This document shows positions 28,681 through 36,249 of a stretch of 38,796 nt of DNA, piece by piece. Under the pieces are notes generated by a model. That model did not search any database. It had not been told where the DNA came from and worked only from the letters and a program-made list of their open reading frames with translations. Every line of letters starts with the position of its first letter. Within the stretch, counting starts at the first letter, position 1. Made by a program: the position numbers and the translations under genes. Source of the stretch: Halorussus marinus (GTDB lineage: Archaea; Halobacteriota; Halobacteria; Halobacteriales; Haladaptataceae); assembly GCF_004765795.1 (NCBI RefSeq), contig NZ_SBIV01000014.1, positions 1-38,796 on the forward strand. The letters are read 5' to 3'.

Positions 28681-28729
28681 GGTGTTGTTGTTCGTCCCGC
28701 AAGGGGCGCGGGACGACACATTCGTCCCG
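28681..28729 (+). promoter_or_regulatory. Conserved-loop hairpin leader H10
   Basis: GGTGTTGTTG, TCGTCCCGC-AAGGGGC-GCGGGACGA, then a second TCGTCCCG at 28722-28729. Confidence 0.8.
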
Positions 28730-28737
28730 GGTTACCG

Positions 28738-29184
28738 ATGAGTTCTGAGAGCAACAGCGAGATCGCTCCCGACAACTGGTGGTTGCAACGCCGAACAGAA
28801 GACGACCATTTCGTGTTCGCCTACGAGTTCTCGAAATCCGTCCTCTGCCACGTCCAGCAATCCTCGGACTGGCTGGTCCGGGTCGATCGAGCCGATGGGA
28901 CGATCCTCTTCAGCCAGCACGACCTCCGGTCCCGAGAGGCAGCATTCGCGCTCGCCGAGAGCGTCATGGAGCTCTGTACACTGCTCCATCGGGAGGTCGT
29001 CACGGAGCGGAGCCAAGCGCGAAAGCCGATGTACGTCGGGTCCCGACCAACCGGGACCGCGAGTGCGAGCAATCAGGAAGCCGGACGCGGTCCAGACACC
29101 GCCCGTCGACCGTTGGACTCCCGTCCCCGTCAGCCCCTAGAACGACCACGAGGTATGGGTCACTGGGAGGGTGGGTTTCGATGA
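28738..29184 (+). CDS. Hypothetical protein
   Basis: ATG 28738; ATGA-coupled to the next gene. Confidence 0.65.
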   Translation: MSSESNSEIAPDNWWLQRRTEDDHFVFAYEFSKSVLCHVQQSSDWLVRVDRADGTILFSQHDLRSREAAFALAESVMELCTLLHREVVTERSQARKPMYVGSRPTGTASASNQEAGRGPDTARRPLDSRPRQPLERPRGMGHWEGGFR

Positions 29185-29735
29185 CCGGCGGCCGAGCGTA
29201 CCGCGGTGAACGCTGTATGGGTGGACAGCTGGTGTACACGCCCGATGGCGACGTGCTGGACAAGCACCTCCACGTCCTACGCCGCGCCCCTGGCGGGTTC
29301 GACTGGGGACCACAGGCTGACGAGGCCCGCATCGATCAACTCGCGATCGCGCTGCTGGCCGATTCAGCGACGAAGAACATCGCGCTCGACCACTACAAGG
29401 AATTCGCGCGGTACCTGCGTGAACAGCTCGAGGGCGACGAGTGGCGACTCCCGACCAGCGACATTTCGGCCGATACCTGGTCGCGAGACATCGACGTGGC
29501 TGATGAGACGCCCTCACCGGAGGACGTCGACATCACGGCAGTCGATTTCGACGAGATGACCTTCGCGGTCGAGCGAGCGCTCTGCGAGAAACACGACATT
29601 AGCATCCACCAGAGCGTCGACGACCGCCGCGAGGAACTGGAAGACGCCCGCCAGGCAGTCCAATCAGAAACTACCGACTCGGAGGAGTCACAGACCGACA
29701 CCGGCGGGTTCGAGTTCCCCGCAGCTAGCCAGTAG
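29181..29735 (+). CDS. Divergent DUF6166-like protein
   Basis: RRAPGGFDWG...DQLAIALLAD aligns with NHSPTGFEWG...AQLACGLLLD of the next gene. Confidence 0.7.
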   Translation: MTGGRAYRGERCMGGQLVYTPDGDVLDKHLHVLRRAPGGFDWGPQADEARIDQLAIALLADSATKNIALDHYKEFARYLREQLEGDEWRLPTSDISADTWSRDIDVADETPSPEDVDITAVDFDEMTFAVERALCEKHDISIHQSVDDRREELEDARQAVQSETTDSEESQTDTGGFEFPAASQ

Positions 29736-29759
29736 GGACGGTGAGGGCGTTTCCGGCTC

Positions 29760-29805
29760 TGTTTGTAGAACCCCCGAGAGGGGTGCGGGGGTCACCACTC
29801 CCGCA
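29760..29805 (+). promoter_or_regulatory. Conserved-loop hairpin leader H11
   Basis: TGTTTGT, ACCCCCG-AGAGGGGTG-CGGGGGT; alternative stem TGCGGGGG/CTCCCGCA; 20 bp identical to H5. Confidence 0.85.
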
Positions 29806-29813
29806 ACGTACCG

Positions 29814-30500
29814 ATGAACGGGAACGCCCGACGCACCACGTCGAACGTAGTCCAGACAGAAGCGCTCGCTAACCGTCGCGACGACTCCGTCGAATACGTC
29901 GGCTTTCGCATCGACGGCCAGGCCGTCGTTCTGAATCTCTCCGAACACCAGCGTCTCACCCCGGATCGAAGTCTCGATCTGGTCAACCACAGCCCGACAG
30001 GCTTCGAGTGGGGATACGCTGGAAGCGGGCCCGCACAGCTCGCCTGTGGGCTCCTCCTCGACTACTACAACGACGCCCAGATCGCGAGAGAACACTACAT
30101 TGGGTTCCGGAATTGCGTGATCAGCCAGCTCGAGTGTGACGGCCCGGCGGCGTGCTGGCACCTCACCGGCGAAGAAATCGACGCGGCGATGGCGACGATC
30201 GCCGACGACGTCGTCGCCCTTCCCGACGGCGGGGGGCCGTCACCGACACTCCCCGAGAACTGGCGAACGGTCACTCGCCCTGACCGGCGAGTCTTCCAGC
30301 GGGCTGATCGCGACCACTACATCGTGCTTGGGGAGGGAACCGACGGCTGGCTGGCCGTCCTCTGTAATCAGGGCGATCGCGCCTATCCGGCACCCCTGGC
30401 GAGCCGGACGGTTTCGGACGATGCCGATGTCGAGCAGGCCATCCGGGCCCTGGTCGACGAGAGCAACAACCTCATCGAGCCACCGGAGGGGGAGTGCTGA
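29814..30500 (+). CDS. DUF6166-like protein
   Basis: NHSPTGFEWGYAGSGPAQLA motif (family name recalled). Confidence 0.8.
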   Translation: MNGNARRTTSNVVQTEALANRRDDSVEYVGFRIDGQAVVLNLSEHQRLTPDRSLDLVNHSPTGFEWGYAGSGPAQLACGLLLDYYNDAQIAREHYIGFRNCVISQLECDGPAACWHLTGEEIDAAMATIADDVVALPDGGGPSPTLPENWRTVTRPDRRVFQRADRDHYIVLGEGTDGWLAVLCNQGDRAYPAPLASRTVSDDADVEQAIRALVDESNNLIEPPEGEC

Positions 30501-30631
30501 TGGAGACAATTCGGCTGTTACGAGCCACCCACCAGCTGCTCGAACGCGGGGTCGAGGCGCTCGAGAAAATCGGTCGCGAACTGGAGCGGTACAACGACTG
30601 GCAAGAGCAGACTGACGGCACCGACTCGTGA
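30500..30631 (+). CDS. 43-aa helical small protein (not in the ORF track)
   Basis: METIRLLRATHQLLERGVEALEKIGRELERYNDWQEQTDGTDS; TGATG overlap upstream, GTGA overlap downstream, GGAGG SD. Confidence 0.7.
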   Translation: METIRLLRATHQLLERGVEALEKIGRELERYNDWQEQTDGTDS

Positions 30632-31293
30632 CTCAGACACGTTCTCCCGGCCAGCGGCGGAGTACCGGGTTCCAGTACACGCGCACTCCCGAGGGGTGCT
30701 CGTGTCCCATTCATCGCGACGGCCAGCCGGTCACGGCGCCGCTCGGCCTGCGGTTCGCAGAGCGCGTCCATATCGAATCGATCCCACGGCACGTCGCCGG
30801 CGCGATCTACGAAGCCCATCATTCCTATATGGACAGTGTCCCGCGGACGAACCTCGTTCATCACGGGCTCTGTTACCAGGACCAGCTACTGGGTGCGATT
30901 ACGTGGCGCTATCCACTGATTCGCTCGCTGGACTACGACGGCACGCGATACGAGGGTGACGAGATCGTCGAGGCAGCACGGATCTGCATCGGCGTCGACT
31001 TCCCGAATCTCGCCTCCGCCGCCCTCGCCCGGTCGATGGAACGATTCGTGCGTCGGCACGGTCGGCGGCGAGGCGTTCGCCTTCTGCTGACGTTCGTGCG
31101 AGCTGACTTCGACGGCTCGATGATTAAAGCGCTCAGAGACAAGGGCTGGCACTGCGCCGGGAAAACGGAACCCGGACAGGCAGGTAACCGGCCCGACAAG
31201 CAAATCCGAGAGCGGCCGAAGTGGCGGTTCCTCTGTGAAGTTCCTGATGAGTCTGAGCGGGAACAGTCCTCACTCGGACGGTGGGCTCCGTGA
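30628..31293 (+). CDS. Mom-like GNAT-fold DNA modification protein
   Basis: HHSYM...HGL...LLGAI...EAARICI...PNLASAALARS...LLLTF...GSMIKA...GW follows the Mu Mom/XF1762-like layout (HY, ELxR, PxNxES, SFAD, GxxYxAxxW/F). Confidence 0.6.
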   Translation: MTQTRSPGQRRSTGFQYTRTPEGCSCPIHRDGQPVTAPLGLRFAERVHIESIPRHVAGAIYEAHHSYMDSVPRTNLVHHGLCYQDQLLGAITWRYPLIRSLDYDGTRYEGDEIVEAARICIGVDFPNLASAALARSMERFVRRHGRRRGVRLLLTFVRADFDGSMIKALRDKGWHCAGKTEPGQAGNRPDKQIRERPKWRFLCEVPDESEREQSSLGRWAP

Positions 31294-31832
31294 CTACGAA
31301 TGCTCGTCTCGATGAGTTTGCAGCAGAGGAAGACTCGGACAACCAGCCGGAGCGCGATCCATCTGTAGTCGAGCGACTGTTGGACCCGATATCACCGGCC
31401 CAGGGGCTGCGACTCATCCCCGGCCAAGGTGACCCGGTGTACCTCCAAAACAGGGGAACTGAACGCTACCTGTTCCGGGATGCCCACGAGCGGTGGTTCA
31501 TCCTCCAGCCCTCGGCCAAGGAGTCGGTCGACGACTTCGTTCGCTGGGTGTATCTCCCCGACGGCAAACCCGCCGAGATTGCCCGGACAGCGATCCGTCA
31601 ACGGACGGTTCGCGGCTACCGGTACGTTCAGCGAAGCGGAGCTCCCGAGCCGGTTGGGACGACGGTGACAGCGATGTACGTCAGTGAGCCCTGGCCCGAC
31701 GATGTCTACGAGTGTGGATCCTGCGGAGCCGAGTTCGAGTCGCCCCATGCTCACGCCCTTCACTGCTGGGAGGACCATCCCTGGGTTCCGAACCCGGAGC
31801 AGGTTCGGCTACGCCGCTCCAGCACCGAGTAA
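31290..31832 (+). CDS. Hypothetical protein with C-terminal C2H2-like Zn finger
   Basis: YECGSCGAEFES....LHCWEDH; GTGA overlap with the upstream stop. Confidence 0.75.
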   Translation: MTTNARLDEFAAEEDSDNQPERDPSVVERLLDPISPAQGLRLIPGQGDPVYLQNRGTERYLFRDAHERWFILQPSAKESVDDFVRWVYLPDGKPAEIARTAIRQRTVRGYRYVQRSGAPEPVGTTVTAMYVSEPWPDDVYECGSCGAEFESPHAHALHCWEDHPWVPNPEQVRLRRSSTE

Positions 31833-31865
31833 CGACAGTGCGACAGTTTCCCGACGGTGGTTCGA

Positions 31866-31906
31866 TTAACCAACAGACAGCCGCTTCCTAGGTTAGTGTT
31901 GGTTAA
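31866..31906. repeat. Inverted repeat TTAACCAACA-N21-TGTTGGTTAA, copy 2
   Basis: Arms 31866-31875 and 31897-31906; same 21-nt spacing as copy 1 but a different spacer sequence. Confidence 0.8.
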
Positions 31907-31909
31907 CGT

Positions 31910-31986
31910 GGTGTTGTTGTTGCGCCCGGCAGAGGGGCGCAGGGCGCGAGACGATGCAGGCAGCCGTCGATGAGCGTTCCTGCGTC
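31910..31986 (+). promoter_or_regulatory. Conserved-loop hairpin leader H12
   Basis: GGTGTTGTTGTT, GCGCCC, AGAGGGGCG, GGGCGC; alternative stem 31936-31947 with 31974-31986, directly followed by the GAGGTGA SD. Confidence 0.8.
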
Positions 31987-31998
31987 GAGGTGACTACG

Positions 31999-33159
31999 AT
32001 GAAAGACCCAGAGTCGAGAACCATCTTCGCAGGCGTCGATGGACGTACCGACACCGAACTACCCGAGTGGTATCGTCAGCGTCACGGCGGCAAAGACACC
32101 GTGAGCTTCGCTGAGGCGATCCGCGACCTCCCGCAGGCCGTCGAGACGACCGTGGCGTACCAGAATCCGTACACCGACGAGTGGGTCGAGACGGAGCGGT
32201 TCAACGCGCTCGTCGAGCCGAGTCGCGCTCGAGAGCAGGCCCGTGAGGAGGACGCCGAAACGGATTCTTTGTTCCATATTCCGACCGACTCGTACTCGAT
32301 CATCAACCCGGTCGACGTCTACGGCCCTCTGGAGGAGGTCCTTCGGGAGGAGACTATCGACCGAACGCCGCTGGGTGACGTGATGTTCGGCGAGATTCGT
32401 CGCTACCGGGGCGGCGGCGAGGTCCATATGGACATCATGTTCGACGGCCTCGAAGTGCGCCTTCCCGGCCGGTCGGACCCGATCACGATGGGCGTCACGT
32501 CGGGCTACGACTTCTTCGGTGAGCACGCCGTCTACGTCGAGGGGTTCGCCCAGGACGGGTACTGTTCAAATACGATGCGTTCGCTCACCGACAAGGAGGT
32601 CATCAAACACGTCGGCGACGTGCGGAACTTCCGCACCTGGTGGGAGGAGCTTCTCGCACAGGTCGAACTCGTCGCCGACGACCTATTCGAGTTCATCCGG
32701 GACGCCCAGGACATCGACCTCGACTTCTCGGAGCTCCCGTTCACCGTCACGGAGTTTTACAGTCTTCTGGGCTTCCCGGACTACCTGGCCGAGCGCGCTG
32801 CGAGTGATGCGGAGGCCAACGCGACCTCCCCCGTCGAGATCGATATGTGGACGCTGCATTCCGGCGCCACGTACGCGCTCACCCACTTCTTCCAAGGCAA
32901 GGAGGGTGCGTCGCTGGACGGCTACGTTCGCACGGCCAACGACATCCTGTTCAACCCGGAGGGCACCATCGAGCGCGTCGAACGCGCTTACGAGGAGGAG
33001 CTGGAGACAGACGGCGATGACGGGTCGCAGGCGTCGCTCGCCGGCGAGCGCGCGCTCGCGAGCATCGAGCGCATCAGCGACGATCTGCAAGAGAAGGTCA
33101 ACCAGTTCGAGGAGCGCGAGGACGCGCTTCGTGAGCGGTTCCAAGATGCCATGAGCTGA
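31999..33159 (+). CDS. DUF932/DUF945-like plasmid/phage protein
   Basis: IPTDSYSIINP, SGYDFFG...YCSNTM...IKHVGD resembles DUF932 (SDRY..VQN; NSHDG; CxN; RH.G); SD at 31987-31993. Confidence 0.6.
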   Translation: MKDPESRTIFAGVDGRTDTELPEWYRQRHGGKDTVSFAEAIRDLPQAVETTVAYQNPYTDEWVETERFNALVEPSRAREQAREEDAETDSLFHIPTDSYSIINPVDVYGPLEEVLREETIDRTPLGDVMFGEIRRYRGGGEVHMDIMFDGLEVRLPGRSDPITMGVTSGYDFFGEHAVYVEGFAQDGYCSNTMRSLTDKEVIKHVGDVRNFRTWWEELLAQVELVADDLFEFIRDAQDIDLDFSELPFTVTEFYSLLGFPDYLAERAASDAEANATSPVEIDMWTLHSGATYALTHFFQGKEGASLDGYVRTANDILFNPEGTIERVERAYEEELETDGDDGSQASLAGERALASIERISDDLQEKVNQFEEREDALRERFQDAMS

Positions 33160-33201
33160 TTGTCGGAGCGGCGTTCACTGATACAATCCTAAAATAGCAG
33201 T

Positions 33202-33756
33202 CTACGTTAGAGATTCCGGTTCCTCGTTATATTCGACTACTAATTCGACATCCTCAGGACCGAATTCATCACGTTCCGCTTCAAGCGTATCAAGAGCGTC
33301 TTTAACCGGGAAGAAATCCGGCTTCTCGAGTGCATCTTCTGTCGCCCAGGCGTATCGAATCGTTTGCTCGGAATCAATGAGAAACACGGCACGCTGCGGG
33401 ACGCGCTCGTGGTTCTCCCATTCATCATAACAGATGTCATATGACTCGGCAACCCGCCCGGAACTATCACTAAGTAACGGGAAATTGAGGCCGTATTCCT
33501 CGGCGAATGCTCGATGGGCGTAGACGCTGTCACCAGAAATTGCCCAGACATCGAGAGCGGGCGTTAGCTGAAACCACTCTGCATCGCGAATCGCACACAG
33601 TTCGTTTGTACAAATAGGACTGAAATCAAACGGGTAAAATACCAGCAACGCAGCCCGATCATTGGCTGTTGACTCATCCAAGCAGTACCCGGTTTGTTCT
33701 CCGTCACGGAGACCCGGAAGAGTAAATGACGGTGCAGACGCTCCCTCGTTTATCAT
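33202..33756 (-). CDS. Peroxiredoxin (AhpC/TSA, AhpE-like)
   Basis: APSFTL, FYPFDFSPICTNELC, FPLLSD, RAVFLID. Confidence 0.9.
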   Translation of the reverse strand: MINEGASAPSFTLPGLRDGEQTGYCLDESTANDRAALLVFYPFDFSPICTNELCAIRDAEWFQLTPALDVWAISGDSVYAHRAFAEEYGLNFPLLSDSSGRVAESYDICYDEWENHERVPQRAVFLIDSEQTIRYAWATEDALEKPDFFPVKDALDTLEAERDEFGPEDVELVVEYNEEPESLT

Positions 33757-33857
33757 ACGACATAGTAGCACACGAAGACAGGATAGTCATTGGGTCAGCA
33801 CTCCGATCTGAATTGCTCACCACTTGATGTGGGATGAAATTCACTAAAGTCCGTACG

Positions 33858-34202
33858 TCAGGAGTTCGCCGTCGCCCACTCAAGAAGCGGTTCTAATCTC
33901 GAACGAATCTCATCACCCTCGTCAGTTAGCGCGTATTCGACGCGTGGTGGAATTTCGTTGTACTGCGTCCGTGAGACGAGTCCTGCCTCCTCGAACTCGT
34001 CGAGTCGTTTCGAGATTGTCGAGGTACTCGCCGTCGGGAGGTGCTCCTCAATCTCCGCGAACCGCAGCGAATCGTGTGCGCCGATGATGCTGACGAGTTG
34101 CATCGCGTATTTCCGGCTCAACGTGTCGATGACACCCGTGAGCGGACAGTAGCACGTCCCCTCGACATCGCACGCGGGCGCCGATGACGTAGTGTCTGCC
34201 AT
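33858..34202 (-). CDS. HxlR-family regulator with N-terminal Cys cluster
   Basis: CDVEGTCYCP...LRFAEI...STISKRL...IPPRVEYALT; divergent from merA. Confidence 0.9.
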   Translation of the reverse strand: MADTTSSAPACDVEGTCYCPLTGVIDTLSRKYAMQLVSIIGAHDSLRFAEIEEHLPTASTSTISKRLDEFEEAGLVSRTQYNEIPPRVEYALTDEGDEIRSRLEPLLEWATANS

Positions 34203-34280
34203 AGCTTCGTGGCCTCCAACCTACTCCATAGCTTCGGACTCTGGAGTACAAGAACTTCCCGTCGTAAAGTATAGGCACAG

Positions 34281-35735
34281 ATGACTCAGACAGCCGACTA
34301 CGATCTCGTGATTCTCGGTGGCGGCGCCGCAGCCTTCGCCGCAATCACCGAAGCGAGTCGACGCGATCTCTCGACAGCGATGGTGAATACCGGCTTGCCC
34401 ATCGGCGGGACGTGCGTGAACGTCGGCTGTGTTCCGAGTAAGCATCTCCTTGCCGTCGCCGAGAGCGGAGCTGCAGCGTCGGAGAACCCCTTCGACGCCG
34501 TTCGATACCCCGAGGAGCCGACCGTCGATTGGGCCGCCGCCCTCAACGACACCGACGAACTCGTCGAGCGGTTCCGGCAGGAGAACTACGTCGACGTCGC
34601 CGAGCACTTCGAGATCGACATCTACGAGGGGTACGGCCAGCTGGTCGACGATACTACCATCGAGGTCGTCGACGGCGCCGACGAGGGCGCACACATTACT
34701 GGGAAGAAGGCCCTCGTCGCGACCGGCAGTTCACCGTGGGCGCCGCCCATCGACGGCCTCTACGACGTCGACTACTACACGAGTGAGACCATCCTCGAGG
34801 AGCGCGACCTTCCCGAGAGTATCCTAATGCTCGGTGGGGGATACATCGCGCTGGAGTGGGGACAGATCCTGCACCGTGTCGGCATCGACGTGACGGTTCT
34901 CCAGCGCTCCGACCGCGTCCTCTCGGACATGGAAGGCCAACTTGGTCGCGAGATGCAGCGTGCATTCGAGGAGGAGGGCATCGAGGTGATCACCGGCAAC
35001 GACTTCCAGCGCGTCCGCACGCTAGCAGCCGACGGCGGCGCCGAAGCGATTCAGTCAGGCGTCGCCGTCGAAACGACCATCGACGGAGACGAGCGAACGG
35101 TCACCGGCGACGCGCTGTTCGTCGCGACCGGCGTCCAGCCGAATAGCGAGGGCATCGGCCTCGAAACGGTTGGGATCGAAACGAACCCCGACGGGACGAT
35201 TCGTGTCGACGAGTACTTCCAGACGACGAATCCCGACATCTACGCGGCGGGCGACGTGATCGGCGAGCCCGAACTGGAGACCGTCGCCGCCAAGGAGGGC
35301 AATCACGCCGTCAAGAACGCGTTCGGCAACGAGGGCGTCAGCATCGACTACGACGCGGTGCCAGCAGTCGTGTTCACCAGCCCGGAAGTCGCCGCAGTCG
35401 GGACGACAGAACGCGAGTATATGGACGAGCACGGCACCTGCTCGTGCCGAACCGTCCAGATGGCGGATGTCCCGCGAGCGAAGGCCGTCGAGAACACGGA
35501 TGGCCTCGTCCAAGTCGTCAAACACCACGAGACTGACGAGATCGTCGGCGTCCACATGGTCGGCCCCCGTGCCGCCGACATAATTATGGAAGCCACGCTT
35601 GCGGTGACGTTCGGCCTCACGGTCGACGACATCATCGACACCGTCCACCCGTTCCCGACGTTCTCCGAGGCGTTCAAACAGGCCTGTCAGGCGTTCCGAC
35701 GGGACATATCGACGATGAGCTGCTGTATCGAGTGA
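34281..35735 (+). CDS. merA: Mercuric reductase (no N-terminal HMA domain)
   Basis: GGTCVNVGCVPSK, GGGYIALE, HPFPT and the diagnostic C-terminal vicinal cysteines MSCCIE. Confidence 0.92.
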   Translation: MTQTADYDLVILGGGAAAFAAITEASRRDLSTAMVNTGLPIGGTCVNVGCVPSKHLLAVAESGAAASENPFDAVRYPEEPTVDWAAALNDTDELVERFRQENYVDVAEHFEIDIYEGYGQLVDDTTIEVVDGADEGAHITGKKALVATGSSPWAPPIDGLYDVDYYTSETILEERDLPESILMLGGGYIALEWGQILHRVGIDVTVLQRSDRVLSDMEGQLGREMQRAFEEEGIEVITGNDFQRVRTLAADGGAEAIQSGVAVETTIDGDERTVTGDALFVATGVQPNSEGIGLETVGIETNPDGTIRVDEYFQTTNPDIYAAGDVIGEPELETVAAKEGNHAVKNAFGNEGVSIDYDAVPAVVFTSPEVAAVGTTEREYMDEHGTCSCRTVQMADVPRAKAVENTDGLVQVVKHHETDEIVGVHMVGPRAADIIMEATLAVTFGLTVDDIIDTVHPFPTFSEAFKQACQAFRRDISTMSCCIE

Positions 35736-35738
35736 ATC

Positions 35739-36146
35739 TCACTCCGGGTCGGCCGGCGCAGTACTGCGGAGGAGCATCGTCTTCACACGACCAACCCCAT
35801 CGAAATCACGGAGCCGATACACGAGTTCCCGCACCCGCGCCGCATCGCCATGACAGAAGACGGTCTCTAAACACCACTCGCCCTGGTGGGTATGGCTCAT
35901 CGTTTCGATGACGTCCTGAAACTGGTGCTGGGCCGAATGGAGATCGTGAATCACCTCGTGGTGCTGGTAATCGAATGCCAGTACAGCGACGACCTCGCCT
36001 GAAACCTCCTCGAGTTGTGAATGTCCCTCGATGTATTCCTGCATCGCTTCACGAATCGCCCGCGAGCGGGAGTCCAACCCCTCAGCCTGCCATGTCTCGT
36101 CGAACTCCTCGAGAATGTCCTCAGACACGTTCAAGCTCGTGCGCAT
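35739..36146 (-). CDS. nikR: NikR-like ribbon-helix-helix metal regulator
   Basis: MRTSLNV...SRSRAIREAM RHH; QH...HTH...CLE nickel ligands. Confidence 0.85.
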   Translation of the reverse strand: MRTSLNVSEDILEEFDETWQAEGLDSRSRAIREAMQEYIEGHSQLEEVSGEVVAVLAFDYQHHEVIHDLHSAQHQFQDVIETMSHTHQGEWCLETVFCHGDAARVRELVYRLRDFDGVGRVKTMLLRSTAPADPE

Positions 36147-36249
36147 ACTCCCCAATTGATCCCCTACTGTCTTGACCCCTCGATTATTACGGAATTCACG
36201 TTTCAGTCTTAACAACCGCTATACAGCGCAGGGATAGAGGAATATATGA

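Noticed and set aside
18847..29785. Loop AGAGGGGTG as a plain Shine-Dalgarno sequence
   Set aside because: It can pair with the 16S tail (GGGGUG) but lies 20-65 nt from the start, and several genes have a separate canonical GAGGTGA. A standby role remains possible.
9056..31986. Leaders as CRISPR repeats or integron attC sites
   Set aside because: Spacing is gene-sized and irregular, there are no cas genes or integrase in the window, and no GTTRRRY/RYYYAAC box pair. A recombination role cannot be fully excluded.
34281..35735. Dihydrolipoamide dehydrogenase
   Set aside because: The C-terminal Cys-Cys pair and the metal-island context indicate MerA.
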